Positions 13,245 to 26,458 are shown, counted from the first letter of the stretch. The stretch is DNA of 64,000 nt from Macrostomum lignano (GCA_002269645.1 NIVC01002716.1:13450-77449); one strand, 5' to 3'. Numbers and translations are program-made. Notes: generated by a model from the sequence alone, not told the origin.

Positions 13245-13395
13245 AGGTCAAGAACCTGAACACAAAGAACATTTAAGGTCAAGAACCTGAACACAAAGAA
13301 CATTTAAGGTCATGAACTCTGCCCATAAAGAACATTTAAGGTCATGAACTCTGCCCATAAAGAACATTTAAGGTCATGAACCCTGTCATAAAGAA
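13245..13395 (+). repeat. About 31-bp tandem (AAAGAACATTTAAGGTCAWGAAC...)n
   Basis: About 5 imperfect copies. Confidence 0.85.
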
Positions 13396-13671
13396 ACTCA
13401 ACTCGCCCTTCAGCTGAACGTCAAGAGGTGTGCAACGGCATCTGCTACGAGTCGCACTAGCTAAACACAACCTGCGAAATAGCGGAATTAAAATCGAACT
13501 GGAAAAATCATGCCAGTAAAACTACAGAAAAAATAACAAAATTAGAACGAAATTTGCATAAAGAGCGGAGCTTTTCCATTGCCGCGTACGGAACTCGAAA
13601 TGCAGTCCTAGGTATAACGGAATTGCGAATTGGAGAGGGCAGAGAGAAAGACCGAGTCATTCAGGGCAGGC

Positions 13672-13719
13672 GGGCAGACTGACAGACAGACAGACTGACA
13701 GACTGACAGACAGACTGAC

Positions 13720-13766
<47 letters not shown>

Positions 13767-13776
13767 TAGACAGACT

Positions 13777-13831
<55 letters not shown>

Positions 13832-13838
13832 GCAGACA
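13672..13838 (+). repeat. (GACA)n microsatellite
   Basis: Direct reading. Confidence 0.97.
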
Positions 13839-13896
13839 GGCAGTTTTTCCAGACCAAAGCCGCTATTCCAGGTAACAAAATTCACAAGCCGTCTCC

Positions 13897-16800
13897 TCAG
13901 TGGAAGCCGTTGGCGGGTGCGGCAGCGGGCGCCGCGGTCACCAGCCCGTTGCCGCCGCCGCTGCCAGACGGTACAGCCGGGTCCGGGAAGTTGGCAGGCG
14001 AGTCGTCAATCTGGTCGTAGTGAATGGCGAACTCCCGGGCCTGCACAGACCAGCTGTCCGTGTCCCAGCACAGGTAGCGGCCCCGCTCGCCCTCAGCTCC
14101 GGACAGCCGCTCGTGCTTGTCGCCTGACCGCGTCACCCACAGTCTGTCGGCTTTCACCCAGCGCCAGTGCCGCTTGTGCAGCTCCTTGGCGGCGCACAGC
14201 TGCAGCCGGTCGCAGGTGCAGGCGTAGAACATCCAAAACAGCGTTTCCACGGGCAGCTGGTCCAGCGGGGGCGGCGGCAGGCGGTCCCGGACTTGAAGGC
14301 CGACCAGGTACTCCAGCGGGACGGGATGGTCCGAGTACTGCGGCTTGTGCAGGCAGCAGTCGGACAGGGGCGACGCCAGCAGGGGGTGGAGGTCGCTGCG
14401 GAGCGGCAGAAAGGCTTCTTAATAGAGTTGGGGATGCGCGAGGTTAAAAAAACGCAGACTGAGGGCGGCGGCGGTCCAGAAACTGAGGATCTGGGAGGCT
14501 GGTGGCCCAGCAACTGAGGATCTGGGAGGCTGGTGGCCCAGCAACTGAGGATCTGGGAGGCTGGCACTGCAACTGAGGATCTGGGAGGCTGGCACTGCAA
14601 CTGAGGATCTGGGAGGCTGGTGGCCCAGCAACTGAGGATCTGGGAGGCTGGTGGCCCAGCAACTGAGGATCTGGGAGGCTGGTGGCCCAGCAACTGAGGA
14701 TCTGGGAGGCTGGCACTGCAACTGAGGATCTGGGAGGCTGGTGGCCCAGCAACTGAGGATCTGGGAGGCTGGTGGCCCAGCAACTGAGGATCTGGGAGGC
14801 TGGCACTGCAACTGAGGATCTGGGAGGCTGGTGGCCCAGCAACTGAGGATCTGGGAGGCTGGTGGCCCAGCAACTGAGGATCTGGGAGGTTGGTGGCCCA
14901 GCAACTGAGGATCTGGGAGGCTGGTGGCCCAGCAACTGAGGATCTGGGAGGCTGGCTCAGCAACTGAGGATCTGGAAGGCTGGCCCAGCAACTGAGGATC
15001 TGGAAGGCTGGCCAAGCAACTGAGGATCTGGGAGGCTGGCCAAGCAACTGAGGATCTGGGAGGCTGGCCCAGCAACTGAGGATCTGGGAGGCTGGCCCAG
15101 CAACTGAGGATCTGGGAGGCTGGCTCAGCAACTGAGGATCTGGAAGGCTGGCCAAGCAACTGAGGATCTGGGAGGCTGGCCAAGCAACTGAGGATCTGAA
15201 AGGCTGGCTCAGTAACTGAGGATCTGAAAGGCTGGCTCAGTAACTGAGGATCTGGGAGGCTGGCCAAGCAACTGAGGATCTGGGAGGCTGGCCCACCAAC
15301 TGAGGATCTGGGAGGCTGGCCCAACAACTGAGGATCTGGGAGGCTGGCCCAGCAACTGACACTCTGGGAGGCTGGCCAAGCAACTGAGGATCTGGGAGGC
15401 TGGCGGTCTTGCACTGATGGTTCACATGCACGACAAAGGGGCAGGTGTAATACTTGGATTAATAAACTACTCTTAATGCATGTTAGACGCACAGTTATTT
15501 ACAACTTGCATACAAAAATACTTTCACGCAGTCAAGGCCATCCATCCGCATCTGAAGGAAGTTCTACACAGCCCTATAGTCTAGAAGGTAAACTTAGAAT
15601 AGAAATCAGACAGACATACACACCAGTAAAAAGGCCCACGAGAAAACTGCAGTGCAGCTGCAGCCTTGGGGTGGGCGGCTGGCTCGGGCGCAAGGCACTT
15701 ACTTCCTCTCGCTGCTGCAGTGCGCGAACTGACATTGCTGGGGTGTACCTTCACACTGACAGTGGCATGCGCTGCGACCTGGCTGCAGCCCCGCCCTCCC
15801 GGTCATGCAGCCGCCATCCTCCTCGTCATGCAGCCCCAACCCTCCCGGTCATGCAGCCCCCACCCTCCTTGTCATGCAGCCCCCACCCTCCTCGTCATGC
15901 AGCCCCTACCTTTCCGGTCATGCAGCCCATCCCTCCCGGTCATGCAACCCCCACCCTCCTGGTCATGGAAGCCACCCTCTTGGTCAGGCAGCCCCCACCC
16001 TCCTTGTCATGCAGCCCCCACCCTCCTCGTCATGCAGCCCCTACCTTTCCGGTCATGCAGCCCATCCCTCCCGGTCATGCAGCCCATCCCTCCCGTCATG
16101 CAGCCCATCCCTCCCGGTCATGCAGCCCATCCCTCCTGGTCATGCAGCCCATCCCTCCCGGTCATGCAGCCCCACCCTCCCGGTCATGCAGCCCATCCCT
16201 CCTGGTCATGCAGCCCCGACCCTCCCGGTCATGCAGCCCCCACCCTCCCGGTCATGCAGCCCCCACCCTCCCGGTCATGCAGCCCATCCCTCCCGGTCAT
16301 GCAGCCCATCCCTCCCGGTCATGCAGCCCATCCCTCCCGGTCATGCAGCCCATCCCTCCTGGTCATGCAGCCTATCCCTCCCGGTCATGCAGCCCATCCC
16401 TCCTGGTCATGCAGCCTATCCCTCCCGGTCATGCAGCCCCCACCCTCCCGGTCATGCAGCCCCCACCCTCCCGGTCATGCAGCCCCCACCCTCCCGGTCA
16501 TGCAGCCCCCACCCTCCCGGTCATGCAGCTCATCCCTCCCGGTCATGCAGCCCATCCCTCCCGGTCATGCAGCCCATCCCTCCCGGTCATGCAGCCCCCA
16601 CCCTCCCGGTCATGCAGCCCATCCCTCCTGGTCATGCAGCCCATCCCTCCCGGTCATGGCAGAGCCGCCACTCACCCTTGCTGGGTCATCGGCAGGCCGA
16701 CGCCATTGGGGTCCACGCCGCGCCCGATGAACCTGGTGTCCTCGCGGTTCTCCTCGCACAGCCGAATGAAGGACAGCAGGCCGAGCATGCCAAACCTGTC

Positions 16801-17211
16801 CCGGATGACGCGGCTGCCGCTGCCTCCGCCACCGCCGCAATCGATAGAAAAGCGCGCCAGTTCGTCCACGAGCTCCTCCCGGTCGCCGCTCAGGCCGCTT
16901 GGAGCGGCGGGCAGAGCCGGGAAATCCTCCTGCTGGATGGAGAACTCGGCAGAAGCGGCTCCCGGATTTCTGCTCACAGCGGCAACAAAGCTGGGCATGG
17001 CGGAGTGCGGCTGCTGCGGCTCCCTGCTTGACCGGCGCGAGTGTCGCCGCCTGCGTCGCTTCTCGCCCTCGCCCTCCTTGTTACTATTGGCGTGATGCTT
17101 ATTGCCAGCCAGTTGGCCACTGAGCCTGTCTTCTTTTGCAAGCAACTGCGAATTCGGCTTCAGGCTGGCAATGGAGAAGCTGTTTGCTGAGCTAGGAATT
17201 TTGACAGCGTA
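13897..17211 (-). CDS. CNOT2: CCR4-NOT subunit 2 (NOT2/3/5 domain); exons about 17211-16676 and 14395-13897; ATG-bearing exon not found
   Basis: DRFGMLGLLSFIR..IGRGVDPNGVGL, then (phase-2 splice) GDLHPLLASPL..PVPLEYL..VETLFWMFY..LQLCAAKELHKRHWRWVK..WVTR..ERGRYLCWDTDSWSVQAREFAIHYDQI; matches the recalled NOT-box of CNOT2. Confidence 0.85.
14478..15405 (+). repeat. 28/31-bp minisatellite (CAACTGAGGATCTGGGAGGCTGG[TGG]CCCAG)n in the CNOT2 intron
   Basis: Direct tandem repeat with several unit variants. Confidence 0.95.
15783..16660 (+). repeat. 22/23-bp minisatellite (CATGCAGCCCMTCCCTCCCGGT)n in the CNOT2 intron
   Basis: Direct tandem repeat. Confidence 0.95.
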
Positions 17212-17489
17212 CTGGATTTATGTAAGGCCAGAATGCAGATAGGCTTTTATAGTGGCTGGCCACCTGGAATGGTTCTGCATTGCATTTAGTCAAATATGAC
17301 TGCATGCATCCCACTGCGGGATTATAACAGCAATAAAGGTGCAGATTGTTTTCCTATTTGCAATACAAAACAAAGTTCTTCCATTCAAGCAAACTCTCAT
17401 ATGTATGAATAATAATGCCATAAATATTTCCATTTCAATTAAATTTTCCTTCTATATAAAACATTGAATCAAATATAAATGTACATACG

Positions 17490-18888
17490 TAGGGGCGTTC
17501 GGGGTTCGGGGTCCCGATGAATGTTCGGGATCGGGGTTCGGGGTCCCGATGAATGTTCGGGATCGGGGTTCGGGACGGGATTTTGGACCGGGATTTCGGG
17601 GTTTTCGGGGTTTCGAAAATTTTCTGAATTCCCATAGAACTACGAAAAAATCCTTATGAATTAGAATATCGTCCTCTATGGTCTGCGGCAATTTCTTTCT
17701 GCTGATGTTGACGGCGTCGGTCGATCCATTCGGAGGCGGCTTATGGAGCAGCTGAACAAGTGCACGCTTGAGTGCAAAGACTTCAACATCTTGTTCTACA
17801 AGACCGCTGCTTTTCTAGACAATACCATCGCCGCATCGCCTCATCTAAACCTGGGTGACATGGTGGACATCCAAAACCGTCTCAAGAGTGAGGTCATCTG
17901 GAGCCTTGAGCAGGAGCTTTCTGGGCAAGATGCCGCTGCTGCTGCCAGCAGCGCAAATACAATGGCCGCTACCGAGGAGAGGCACGATTATGTCATTTCG
18001 GGTACTGAAGAGAGCTCTGGATGCAAGTTTTTGCAGTTCTGCAGATTATCTGGAAGTACCACTCACGAGTGCAATGCGACTGCGAGTGCATCGAACTCCG
18101 GCGCCAGAGGAGACGCGAGGAAGAAGGAAGCGAGGCGCAGAGCAGCTGATCAGCTTTCTCTGTACAGGAGTCTGGCGCAGCAGAATTTTCAGGTAGCAGT
18201 CAGCGAATTCTGGAAGCAGAACTCCGCTAATCTTCCAGAGCTGGCAGAGCTCGCTAAGCTTCACCTCACTGCCCCAGCATCATCTGTCCCATCAGAGTGC
18301 GCCTTCAGTTATTCTATTATCACTTGGTAGTCTGATCATTTAGATTGGATGACATGAGAATTCAAATTATTTTAGTGTTTACTAGCGTCAACATGCATCA
18401 ATGGCAATGCCACCAAAGACTAAGTAAACGAGATTAAGAAAAAGAGAGATTGATTCTTCATTGATAAGATAGCTTCCATCTCTGCAGAGAAAGAGGCACA
18501 TGATGTTTCACACGTGAAACACATCAAAATTGTTGCACAATGAACACAACCATTGAGTTTGTAAGTTCATTAGTTGTATTTGTAATCGATGGAATTGAAT
18601 AATATACTGAATAAATAGTGATTCACTATTGGAAAAAGAAAACAAAAGAAATGCAACCTGCCTTAAATTTATTTCACATTAATTTTAAGTTGAACTGAAA
18701 GTCTGAACAGACTAATAGTTGTAAGTAGCCGTCAATACCACTTTTTATTTCATGCTATTGCTTACTTCGGGGTTATCGGGGTTTGGGGTCGGGATTAGGG
18801 TTTGGGACAGGGTTCAGGGTTCCCGATAAATGTTCGGGATCGGGGTTAACCCCAAACCCCGAAAAAAATGCCATCCCAAACACCCCTA
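17490..18888 (+). mobile_element. Internally deleted hAT DNA transposon (1399 bp)
   Basis: TIRs TAGGGGCGTTCGGG / CCCAAACACCCCTA (12/14); 8-bp TSD TACATACG / TACATATG (7/8); CGGGGT-rich subterminal repeats; hAT C-terminal dimerisation remnant inside. Confidence 0.9.
17743..18330 (+). pseudogene. hAT transposase C-terminal dimerisation-domain remnant
   Basis: EFWKQNSANLPELAELAKLHLTAPASSVPSECAFS resembles the hAT W..N...P.L..LA...L..PASS..SER.FS motif; catalytic core absent. Confidence 0.85.
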
Positions 18889-20268
18889 TACATATGGCAT
18901 CTTCTAGCAATTATGGTTATGCAATTAATTATTGATTATGGTTAAACCCTTGCTAAGTACAAATTTATTATTTTATCAAAGCATATATTTTAAATCTTAA
19001 TATAAATAATGACATATTGTTTGGCAATATTATTTATCCTTTATAACAGGTTTTATTAATCTATTATCTTTATTAGCTAACTATATCTTATAGTATTGTA
19101 TATAACATTATTTTTATACCAAGTAGTTAGTTAGCCTTTGTTAAAGTAGAACAAAAGCCAAAGGCTTTAATTATATTAAGCTTCTATAAAGTAATCAATA
19201 TTTATGAAACCCTAGCCAATATTGTCTCATTTGTCTGTATCTTTAAACTATTGTAGTTCAAAACTCCAATTTATTTTTTACCATATTTAATAAGCTAAGA
19301 ATGATAAAAGGACAAAATGAATGAGTTGTACTATGCATTTTTTATTACTTTTAGGCATGGGATATTTATACCTAAAGTGATTAGCCAAGATATAAAGATA
19401 TTTTTGCTACAGTGTGTCACACTTGTTATTTGGGTTTGGAAATATTTGCTTGGCTTTTACACTTAGTAGCACTTGCCATTTGTGTGCTTAGCTAATAGCT
19501 ATATTAGGTTAGGACCTATACTATCTAAGTCCTTGTCATAAGCTACAAAGTTATATACTATTGTGCAACTATAACATCCTTTTTTTCCTTTTTGCCACAT
19601 TATACTACACTGCCAAAGAGACCTATCTATAAAGTATAGCATTATAGATTTACCCAGCCATTTCTATTGGTAACACAATAATTTACATGTGTTTGTTGCC
19701 AATATGGCCAGGTCCCAGGTGATTTTCAAGATGTATATATAGGATGCTTACTATCTAGATACTTTTTGGGGGATGTTTGTTTAGGGGATGGGGAAGTAAA
19801 TATTGCTAGTTTTATTTTATGGTAACTGAAATAAATATGCTATAAATCATACATGCCCAACCCCCTTGATTTACACTAGCCATGCAACTTAATTTTTTAC
19901 TAAAAATATAACTTAGGATACCTATTAAAAAACCCTAAAGCAAAAACAATACAACTTTGGATAAATGGAGGAGTAACTATTACTGTCTTATTAAGGCTAA
20001 ATGCCTCATAAGCTAATTAGTGCTATATCTATATTCTTTGTTGGGATGGGGATAGCGCTATATATGACCACTTCCTGATGTGTAATCAATGCGCTAAAGT
20101 TAGACGCTAAATTTGAAATTATCGATTGTAACCATTAGAGTATAAAGTTGTCTATTCTTGGTCTTGGGGCATTGTACATTAAACAACTAAAGGCAAAGCC
20201 CACCATGAATATCCAACTTGGTGATAAAGAGGCGAATGTCCATCTAAGGATGTTCTGACGGTAATAGC

Positions 20269-20539
20269 TAGAGTTCCGGCACCGGAACCCGTTTTCTAAC
20301 AGCTAGGGATCTGGCAGTGCTGTATAGAAGCATATAAAGACTGCTAAGAACATATCTAAGAAGTCTGGATATTAGAAGCATCTCGTCCCGAATCTTATCA
20401 TATTGTCTTAAATTTTAATCTAGAACAAAATCCCAATATCAGCCACATGTAGAAAGAAAAATATAATGTTCCATCTATATTATAATGGCACTTCCGGATC
20501 TGTAGCCATTAGAAAATGGGTTCCGGTGCCGGAACTCTA
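20269..20539. mobile_element. MITE with 31-bp TIRs
   Basis: TAGAGTTCCGGCACCGGAACCCGTTTTCTAA versus TTAGAAAATGGGTTCCGGTGCCGGAACTCTA (1 mismatch); TSD weak (5/8). Confidence 0.8.
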
Positions 20540-23500
20540 GCCATTGCCTGTTGGCTGTTCTGACCCCATGTGCTTGCCTTTTATTTAGGGCCATCTAACT
20601 CTGCTACTTATACTTGCATCATTTTGGCTTACTAGACTTAAAAATTTACCATCTCTCTGATCTATATTTTGCCTGAAGATGCCAATTGTTCAACAAAACA
20701 TGTTGCACAAAGATTAGGCCTTAATAAATTGTAATTTCATATTATTAAAGAAAAAATGAGAATATCTACCATGCAACTTCTAGACCTCCACAAATTGACA
20801 AATATGGCCTAGGCTAGGCCCTACCACTACCAGTCTTAATCCTAGATCTAGGCTAGCCCTAGCTAGGCCTAACCCTAAGTATTTGACTTATCTAGCATTC
20901 TGCTTAAAAGCCTAAATTACAGACATTTTTTTATATTAGGCCTGGCCAATCTTCCAATGCAATTCAAATGTCAATGTCAGAAATTCAGAATCAAATGCCA
21001 GTGAAATAGTGTCATAAAAATTGAAATGAGCTTACAATAGCTATAAGCTATATCCCCAGTATATTATATATGGCTTGGCCTTGCAGTTGCAGTTGCAGCT
21101 TGCAGGCTCATCATTGATTTGTAATTCGCTACTTTACATTTTACATATACTAAATTGCTAAATTAAAGATCTTCTCATACTACAATGATCCATTAGGCTA
21201 GACCTAAGAGTTAGGTGGGAGGGCAGGTACACGATTGTCTACTCATGCAGTTCGCTTGATTTAGTGAACTACGGAAATATTTTAAAGGTCATTAAAAAGT
21301 AGCAATAAAGTCTTTAATTTTGTGAAAATAAAACTTTTGAACCACAGGTAAAAAGCATAAGTTTCTAAACTAATAGTCTTTTTTTATTCGCAGTAAGCTT
21401 AATATGCGTTGTTTTAATGACTTTTAGTTACATTGCTAAAATTTAAAATGTTTTTTTCTTCGAAAGCAAATGCCGGTTCCTGAAAAATACCAAATGCCAT
21501 ATTTATAAATCATTCCAGTTTTGTTGTCTAAATTTTTCCATTTTTCAGGCATCAAGCATCGCTCCTAAATCAGACACCATTGTTTCTGAATAAAACGCTA
21601 CTCGTCGCCTAAGTGAAAAATTTCCTTCTTCCTGGAATAATCTGTTGCCAAAAGGCTTGGCACCCACAATGCCAGATACATAACATCAGATAGCCATGAC
21701 AGATGACAAGTGACTACAATATTTTGAAACTATTATTCATATTAAGCTTATTTTTTAATAATTTATTCTAAAGTAAATAAGAATGCTGCTGAAAATGAAA
21801 TGCTCTTATTTTGTTTTTATATACATTGTATATGGCCTATTCTATAGCTTTATTAAATTTGCAAAATCAGTTTTCTTGTCTTTTTTTCTTATATATGAGC
21901 TGAGCAAAGTCACTAAGCTATATCATTTAATAGTTTTTACAGCTATCGATATATTAATATCATACATTATTTAATGATTTATACTGTTATTAGTATATAG
22001 ATTACTAAGACCTAAGATTTTGAATATTGCCTATTTTTACCTTGAATTTAAAATTTTGAAAATTTGAACTTCACCTTGAATGTTATAGTTCCAGTAGGCC
22101 TATGAAATAGTTTTATAGCATGAGTTAATTTTGACATCTTTATTTTTAATTATAATTTTTATATAGGCCATGGACATTGCTAATAGCATATAAAGATGAT
22201 ATATCTTAGGCATTGGTCATATCTGGGTTTTTTTGTGCGAATGGGTGTGAATAGCATCCTGGTCTTAAAAATCGCACCCTGAAATTTGACTCAGGGTGCG
22301 AAAAGTGCACCCAAATTTTTGCAAGGATGTGATGCGGGTTTTACAATTTAGTGTTTTATTGTTATGGACATCTTAAGTCCATAACTTCGTATTCTTAGAA
22401 TTAGCCAGTAATTTTTTGAATCTTTAATTAATGTAAAGCAATTGTCAACTATCAATTAGATTTTGGTATTGGTAAGCACAACCTGATGAATTGAATACTG
22501 AATAGTACACTCTTGCAGTTAGGCAGCAAGCTCAAGCATTGAGTTTAAGTTGTTTAATTATTCAAATAAACTTAATAAGGCATCTAATTATAGACTTAAT
22601 TCTAAATTAAACGATTTATTGATATTGCTGCATTGGCATGATTTGATGATTGGCTTATAATATTTGATTTGCTTAATATAAGGCTATACTATAAGCTATA
22701 GTATAATTATATATATAGGCCACTCCCCATTGTATTAAACAGTTAAACTTATAACTTATGAAATGTTTATGTTTATTGAGCTAAGCTCAATATTGAGCTA
22801 GGCTGAGGGGAAAATTATAAGGAGATCAAACAATTAAGTTAAGCATTTGGAATTTGGATCATCTTTGGATGGTTTGGATGGACAAAAACTTTGAAACACT
22901 ATTAGTATTAGACCAGTTTTTGTCTGCAGCAGTGCAGCGCATCCTGGTCTTGAAAATCGTACCCTGAAATCTAGCACAAGGTGCGAAATTGCACCCAAGT
23001 TATGGATGAAAAAAAAACCCTAAGGTCATAGAAATATTACTTATAAGTGTAGTTTTAATTTGAGATTTTTAATGAATCTTTTTTATGGGTTAGGACACAG
23101 AAAAGTTGCATAGAAATGGCACATAGATAGTGCATAGATTTCCTTCTGAAAATGTATTCTGCTCTGCAATATATTATATTATTATCTTGTCTTGATTATA
23201 GATTGGTAAAAATAGAGCTATAAAAGAGTTGAAGTAATAATTAAGCTGTTTCACTGTATTATGGCTGTAATCTCTTTGCCTATAGGAGCAGATCTAGAAA
23301 ACATTTGAGGTGGCCAACCTATACAATACTAAGCCATTTTAAAAATAGTAATGTAGCTAAAAATTATAAAATATAGTGAAGTACATAGTGACAATTTCAT
23401 TTACTTGTAGTATAGACATGTATAGAATGCATGTGCACTAGGGATTATTTCTCTATATTAATGAATTGTCTTAAAGCTATTACTGAGTTGTACTAGGGCT

Positions 23501-24424
23501 ATACTTCTTTCTATATTAAATGTCCTAATGTTGTTAGCTGCCACCAAGACTATTCTATTAATAAATTATAATCCAAGTCTAACTATATATCCAAGTATTT
23601 GTCTGGTTATTTATCTAAGCATTAGTCTGAGTATATACTACTATTTAGCCATTACAAGTATCATTCTTCTGTTATTCTAGTAGTGTTCTACTAGTAATTT
23701 GGCCTGAGCGGTATATTGGTCTACTGGTATGTGTACTTTATGTATTTCTAGTCCCAGGCATTACCAAGATCAAAGGGTCACAGCCTCTGTTTATTCTTGT
23801 ATGTATCAATTTAGGATCTACTTTGTTTCTTTCTATTACTTTACCTCTTAGTAGTATATACTGTATATGCTTCGGTCTATTTCACTCTACTCTGCAAATA
23901 ATTAACTTGAAATACACTTCTTGAATATTTCTTGAAAACTCACTGTTATATGTTCACTATTAATCTTGCTTTGAGACTCAAGTCTATAAACCAAGTTGCC
24001 TCTTCTGGCTCCAAAAACTCATCTATTTATACTAGCTTTGATCATTGTTTGAAACAAAAAATAAATTAGAGAAATATTTCTGAAAATATGAATAGTAAAA
24101 AAGTTTTTCTTAGTTTTGTGCGAGTTTGAAATGCATACAGACAGATGATTTTGTACATAAAATGAGAGGGGCTTTTTACACATGTATATCATACAATTCT
24201 ACCTCATGTTATACCACACCAAGCTATGGTTAAATATTGAATAAATGGGAGATTCAAGCAAAAACCCTTTATTGTTAATTAAAATGCCAAAAAAACTTTT
24301 TGGTAGGTTTGGGCCAACAAAACCTTTTTGGGATATCATGTGTAGCACTATGCAATGTGCATTTATGCCATTAATTCTGGCCCCAATTCTGATCACATAA
24401 ACAATTAAATTAAATCATTGTTTT

Positions 24425-24997
24425 ATGTCAGACTTGGCTCATCAGGGTTCAGGCATTGTTGCCACTAGCCAATCAGGCTTGGAATCTGTGGCTGCCATTG
24501 TGCAAGAAATTCTAGCTCTACAATCGCGGCAGTGCTTGGCTCATGACCAGCTGAGTAGGGCATTTCGTCGTTATCTTAGTTCTGCTACTGACACAGGAGC
24601 TGGCGCTGACTCAGGTACTATCGTGAGCACAAGTGCCAATGGTCACAATGGGAGCCCAGCTGCCACAAACGCAGAGACAGTTTACCTGACTGCCATCCAA
24701 GAGTGCACCACCCAGTTCGGCAGCATTTCCAATGACTTCCTGGAGCTGATGCGGCGGCTCAGGCAGCTGGACAGCGACTCCGCGGTCAGTCAGCGGCCTG
24801 CTGAGCTGCTACTGCGGCACGCTGAGAAGCTGCAAGACTTGGAGGCCCAGCGACTCCGCGTCACTGTAGACTGGCAGCACGCCGCTTGCCGATGCACGGA
24901 CGATTCAGATGAGCATCAGCTGCGGCTGCATCTGCGCCAGCTCGCTGATGAACTCGACGAGGTTGTGGAAGCCGTCAAACTGGACTTTGATGACTGA
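24425..24997 (+). CDS. REX1BD: Required-for-excision 1-B domain protein (REX1-B / C19orf60-like), 190 aa, single exon
   Basis: VQEILALQSRQ..FRRYL ... AIQECTTQFGSISNDFLEL ... LRHAEKLQDLEAQRLRVT ... LDEVVEAVKLDFD follows the helical pattern recalled for the REX1-B domain. Confidence 0.7.
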   Translation: MSDLAHQGSGIVATSQSGLESVAAIVQEILALQSRQCLAHDQLSRAFRRYLSSATDTGAGADSGTIVSTSANGHNGSPAATNAETVYLTAIQECTTQFGSISNDFLELMRRLRQLDSDSAVSQRPAELLLRHAEKLQDLEAQRLRVTVDWQHAACRCTDDSDEHQLRLHLRQLADELDEVVEAVKLDFDD

Positions 24998-25052
24998 CGA
25001 TGTCAGATGCTGATCAATTGATTGTTTATTGATAACTGTCGCTTTTAATCGT

Positions 25053-25235
25053 CAGGGGCGTCGCCATTGATTTTATGGTGGGGGAACAAAGGGGGGTGAC
25101 TATTAAATGCCTACATGTACGTGTACATTATTTTTAGAATCGGTGTTTACAGCGCTCATTTTGGCGCCACAGGCACTCATTTTGGCGCCACAGGCCCTCA
25201 TCCTTATTTTGGTGCTACAGGTGCGGGCCCATGAC
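25053..25235 (-). mobile_element. Partial copy of the hAT MITE at 32574-33082
   Basis: Same TIR CAGGGGCGTCGCCA, same ATGTACATGT/GAATCGGTGT segment and the 21-bp CTCATTTTGGCGCCACAGGCA repeat; other end missing. Confidence 0.8.
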
Positions 25236-25988
25236 AATTGCCCGCCGATATTTGCCTGCAGTGCAGATTTTGTCTGCATTGCCCTCCAATGTTTAGTACA
25301 GTGTATGTCTTAATAGAGATTTACCCGATCCTCATACCAACGTTTTGATCACAGAATATACTATGCGTTTTGATAGTAACTGTATATCAAATTCATATTT
25401 TCTTGTAGGCATTCCCCGAGTTCTATATACTGTACATACATGCAGCGGTACAGTACATAATTCATGCATATACCGTGTCGCTTTGTCCCCCAAATCTATT
25501 TATTAAGACTGCGGTACTCCGGATTGGGGGTGGCAATGCAGACAGAATCTATAATGCGCTGCTGGAAAATTTCTGGGCAAACCTCGGCGAGCTTTTTGTA
25601 CATCTGGTTGTCTGTATTTCTACATAACAATGAATTGAAGTTGGTCTGTTGAGACTTACGACAATTAATTCAAATACAAATACATTAAAATATCCATGTT
25701 GATCTTTTAAAAAAATTGCATTTCATTAGAATCATGTCAATCAGTTGCAAGCTTTGTTGATCCAGTTATGTCTACTTCATGGATTGGTAATGGTATGGTT
25801 TAGCCCGAATAGCTTTTAGAATGTACACACGCACAATGCATGTGCAAGAATATTTAATGTCTGGCTTAAATGTGATACAGTATGTGAAAGTACGTATTTA
25901 TTAATTCGCTTCCAAATTCACAAGCATTGTAGGTCTTAAATTGCGATCTGGGTTAACTAAGAACCGCAAGACTGTGCATTCATTTGGT

Positions 25989-26004
25989 GACTCTTAAAAG
26001 GGCC
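25989..26004 (-). terminator. Orphan degenerate histone 3' stem-loop
   Basis: AAAAC GGCCCT TTTA AGAGTC ACCA on the minus strand, about 370 bp beyond the H2B stem-loop. Confidence 0.65.
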
Positions 26005-26362
26005 GTTTTATTTTTACTAGTCCTCTACTAGATTAACGGAATAGTATTAATAACAGGCCTAACCTCCTTGATTAAATGAAGACATAAATAATCGAATTGC
26101 TGCCAGAAATGGTTATTTCAATTGTAGGTTTAGTATTACATTTAAAATTTGATGCGGCAATGCTCATGCTGTCTGTAGCTGCATTGTAGACTTAAATTGG
26201 CCCTACGTGTCGGACGGTGTGTTGCAAATTTATTTACATGTAAACATGCAGTTAAGCATATTAACCAGTTCTAGTATCAATAAATTTAAAACAGACTTCC
26301 ACAAACGACGAACAGGAGCAGTTTTTAATGAAGAACGACAGCAAGCACAATCAGTATGTGGT

Positions 26363-26378
26363 GGCCCTGAAAAGGGCC
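26363..26378 (-). terminator. Histone 3' stem-loop of H2B
   Basis: AAAAC GGCCCT TTTC AGGGCC ACCACA. Confidence 0.95.
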
Positions 26379-26458
26379 GTTTTATCGTTCAGATTAGATT
26401 AGCCTAGGCACGGCTAGTTGATCGCCACTTTTGCCAGACGCCTTGCAAATTGCAAAGT

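Noticed and set aside
14154-17095. Long Pro/Ser-rich ORFs (333-539 aa)
   Set aside because: Products of intronic minisatellites in CNOT2
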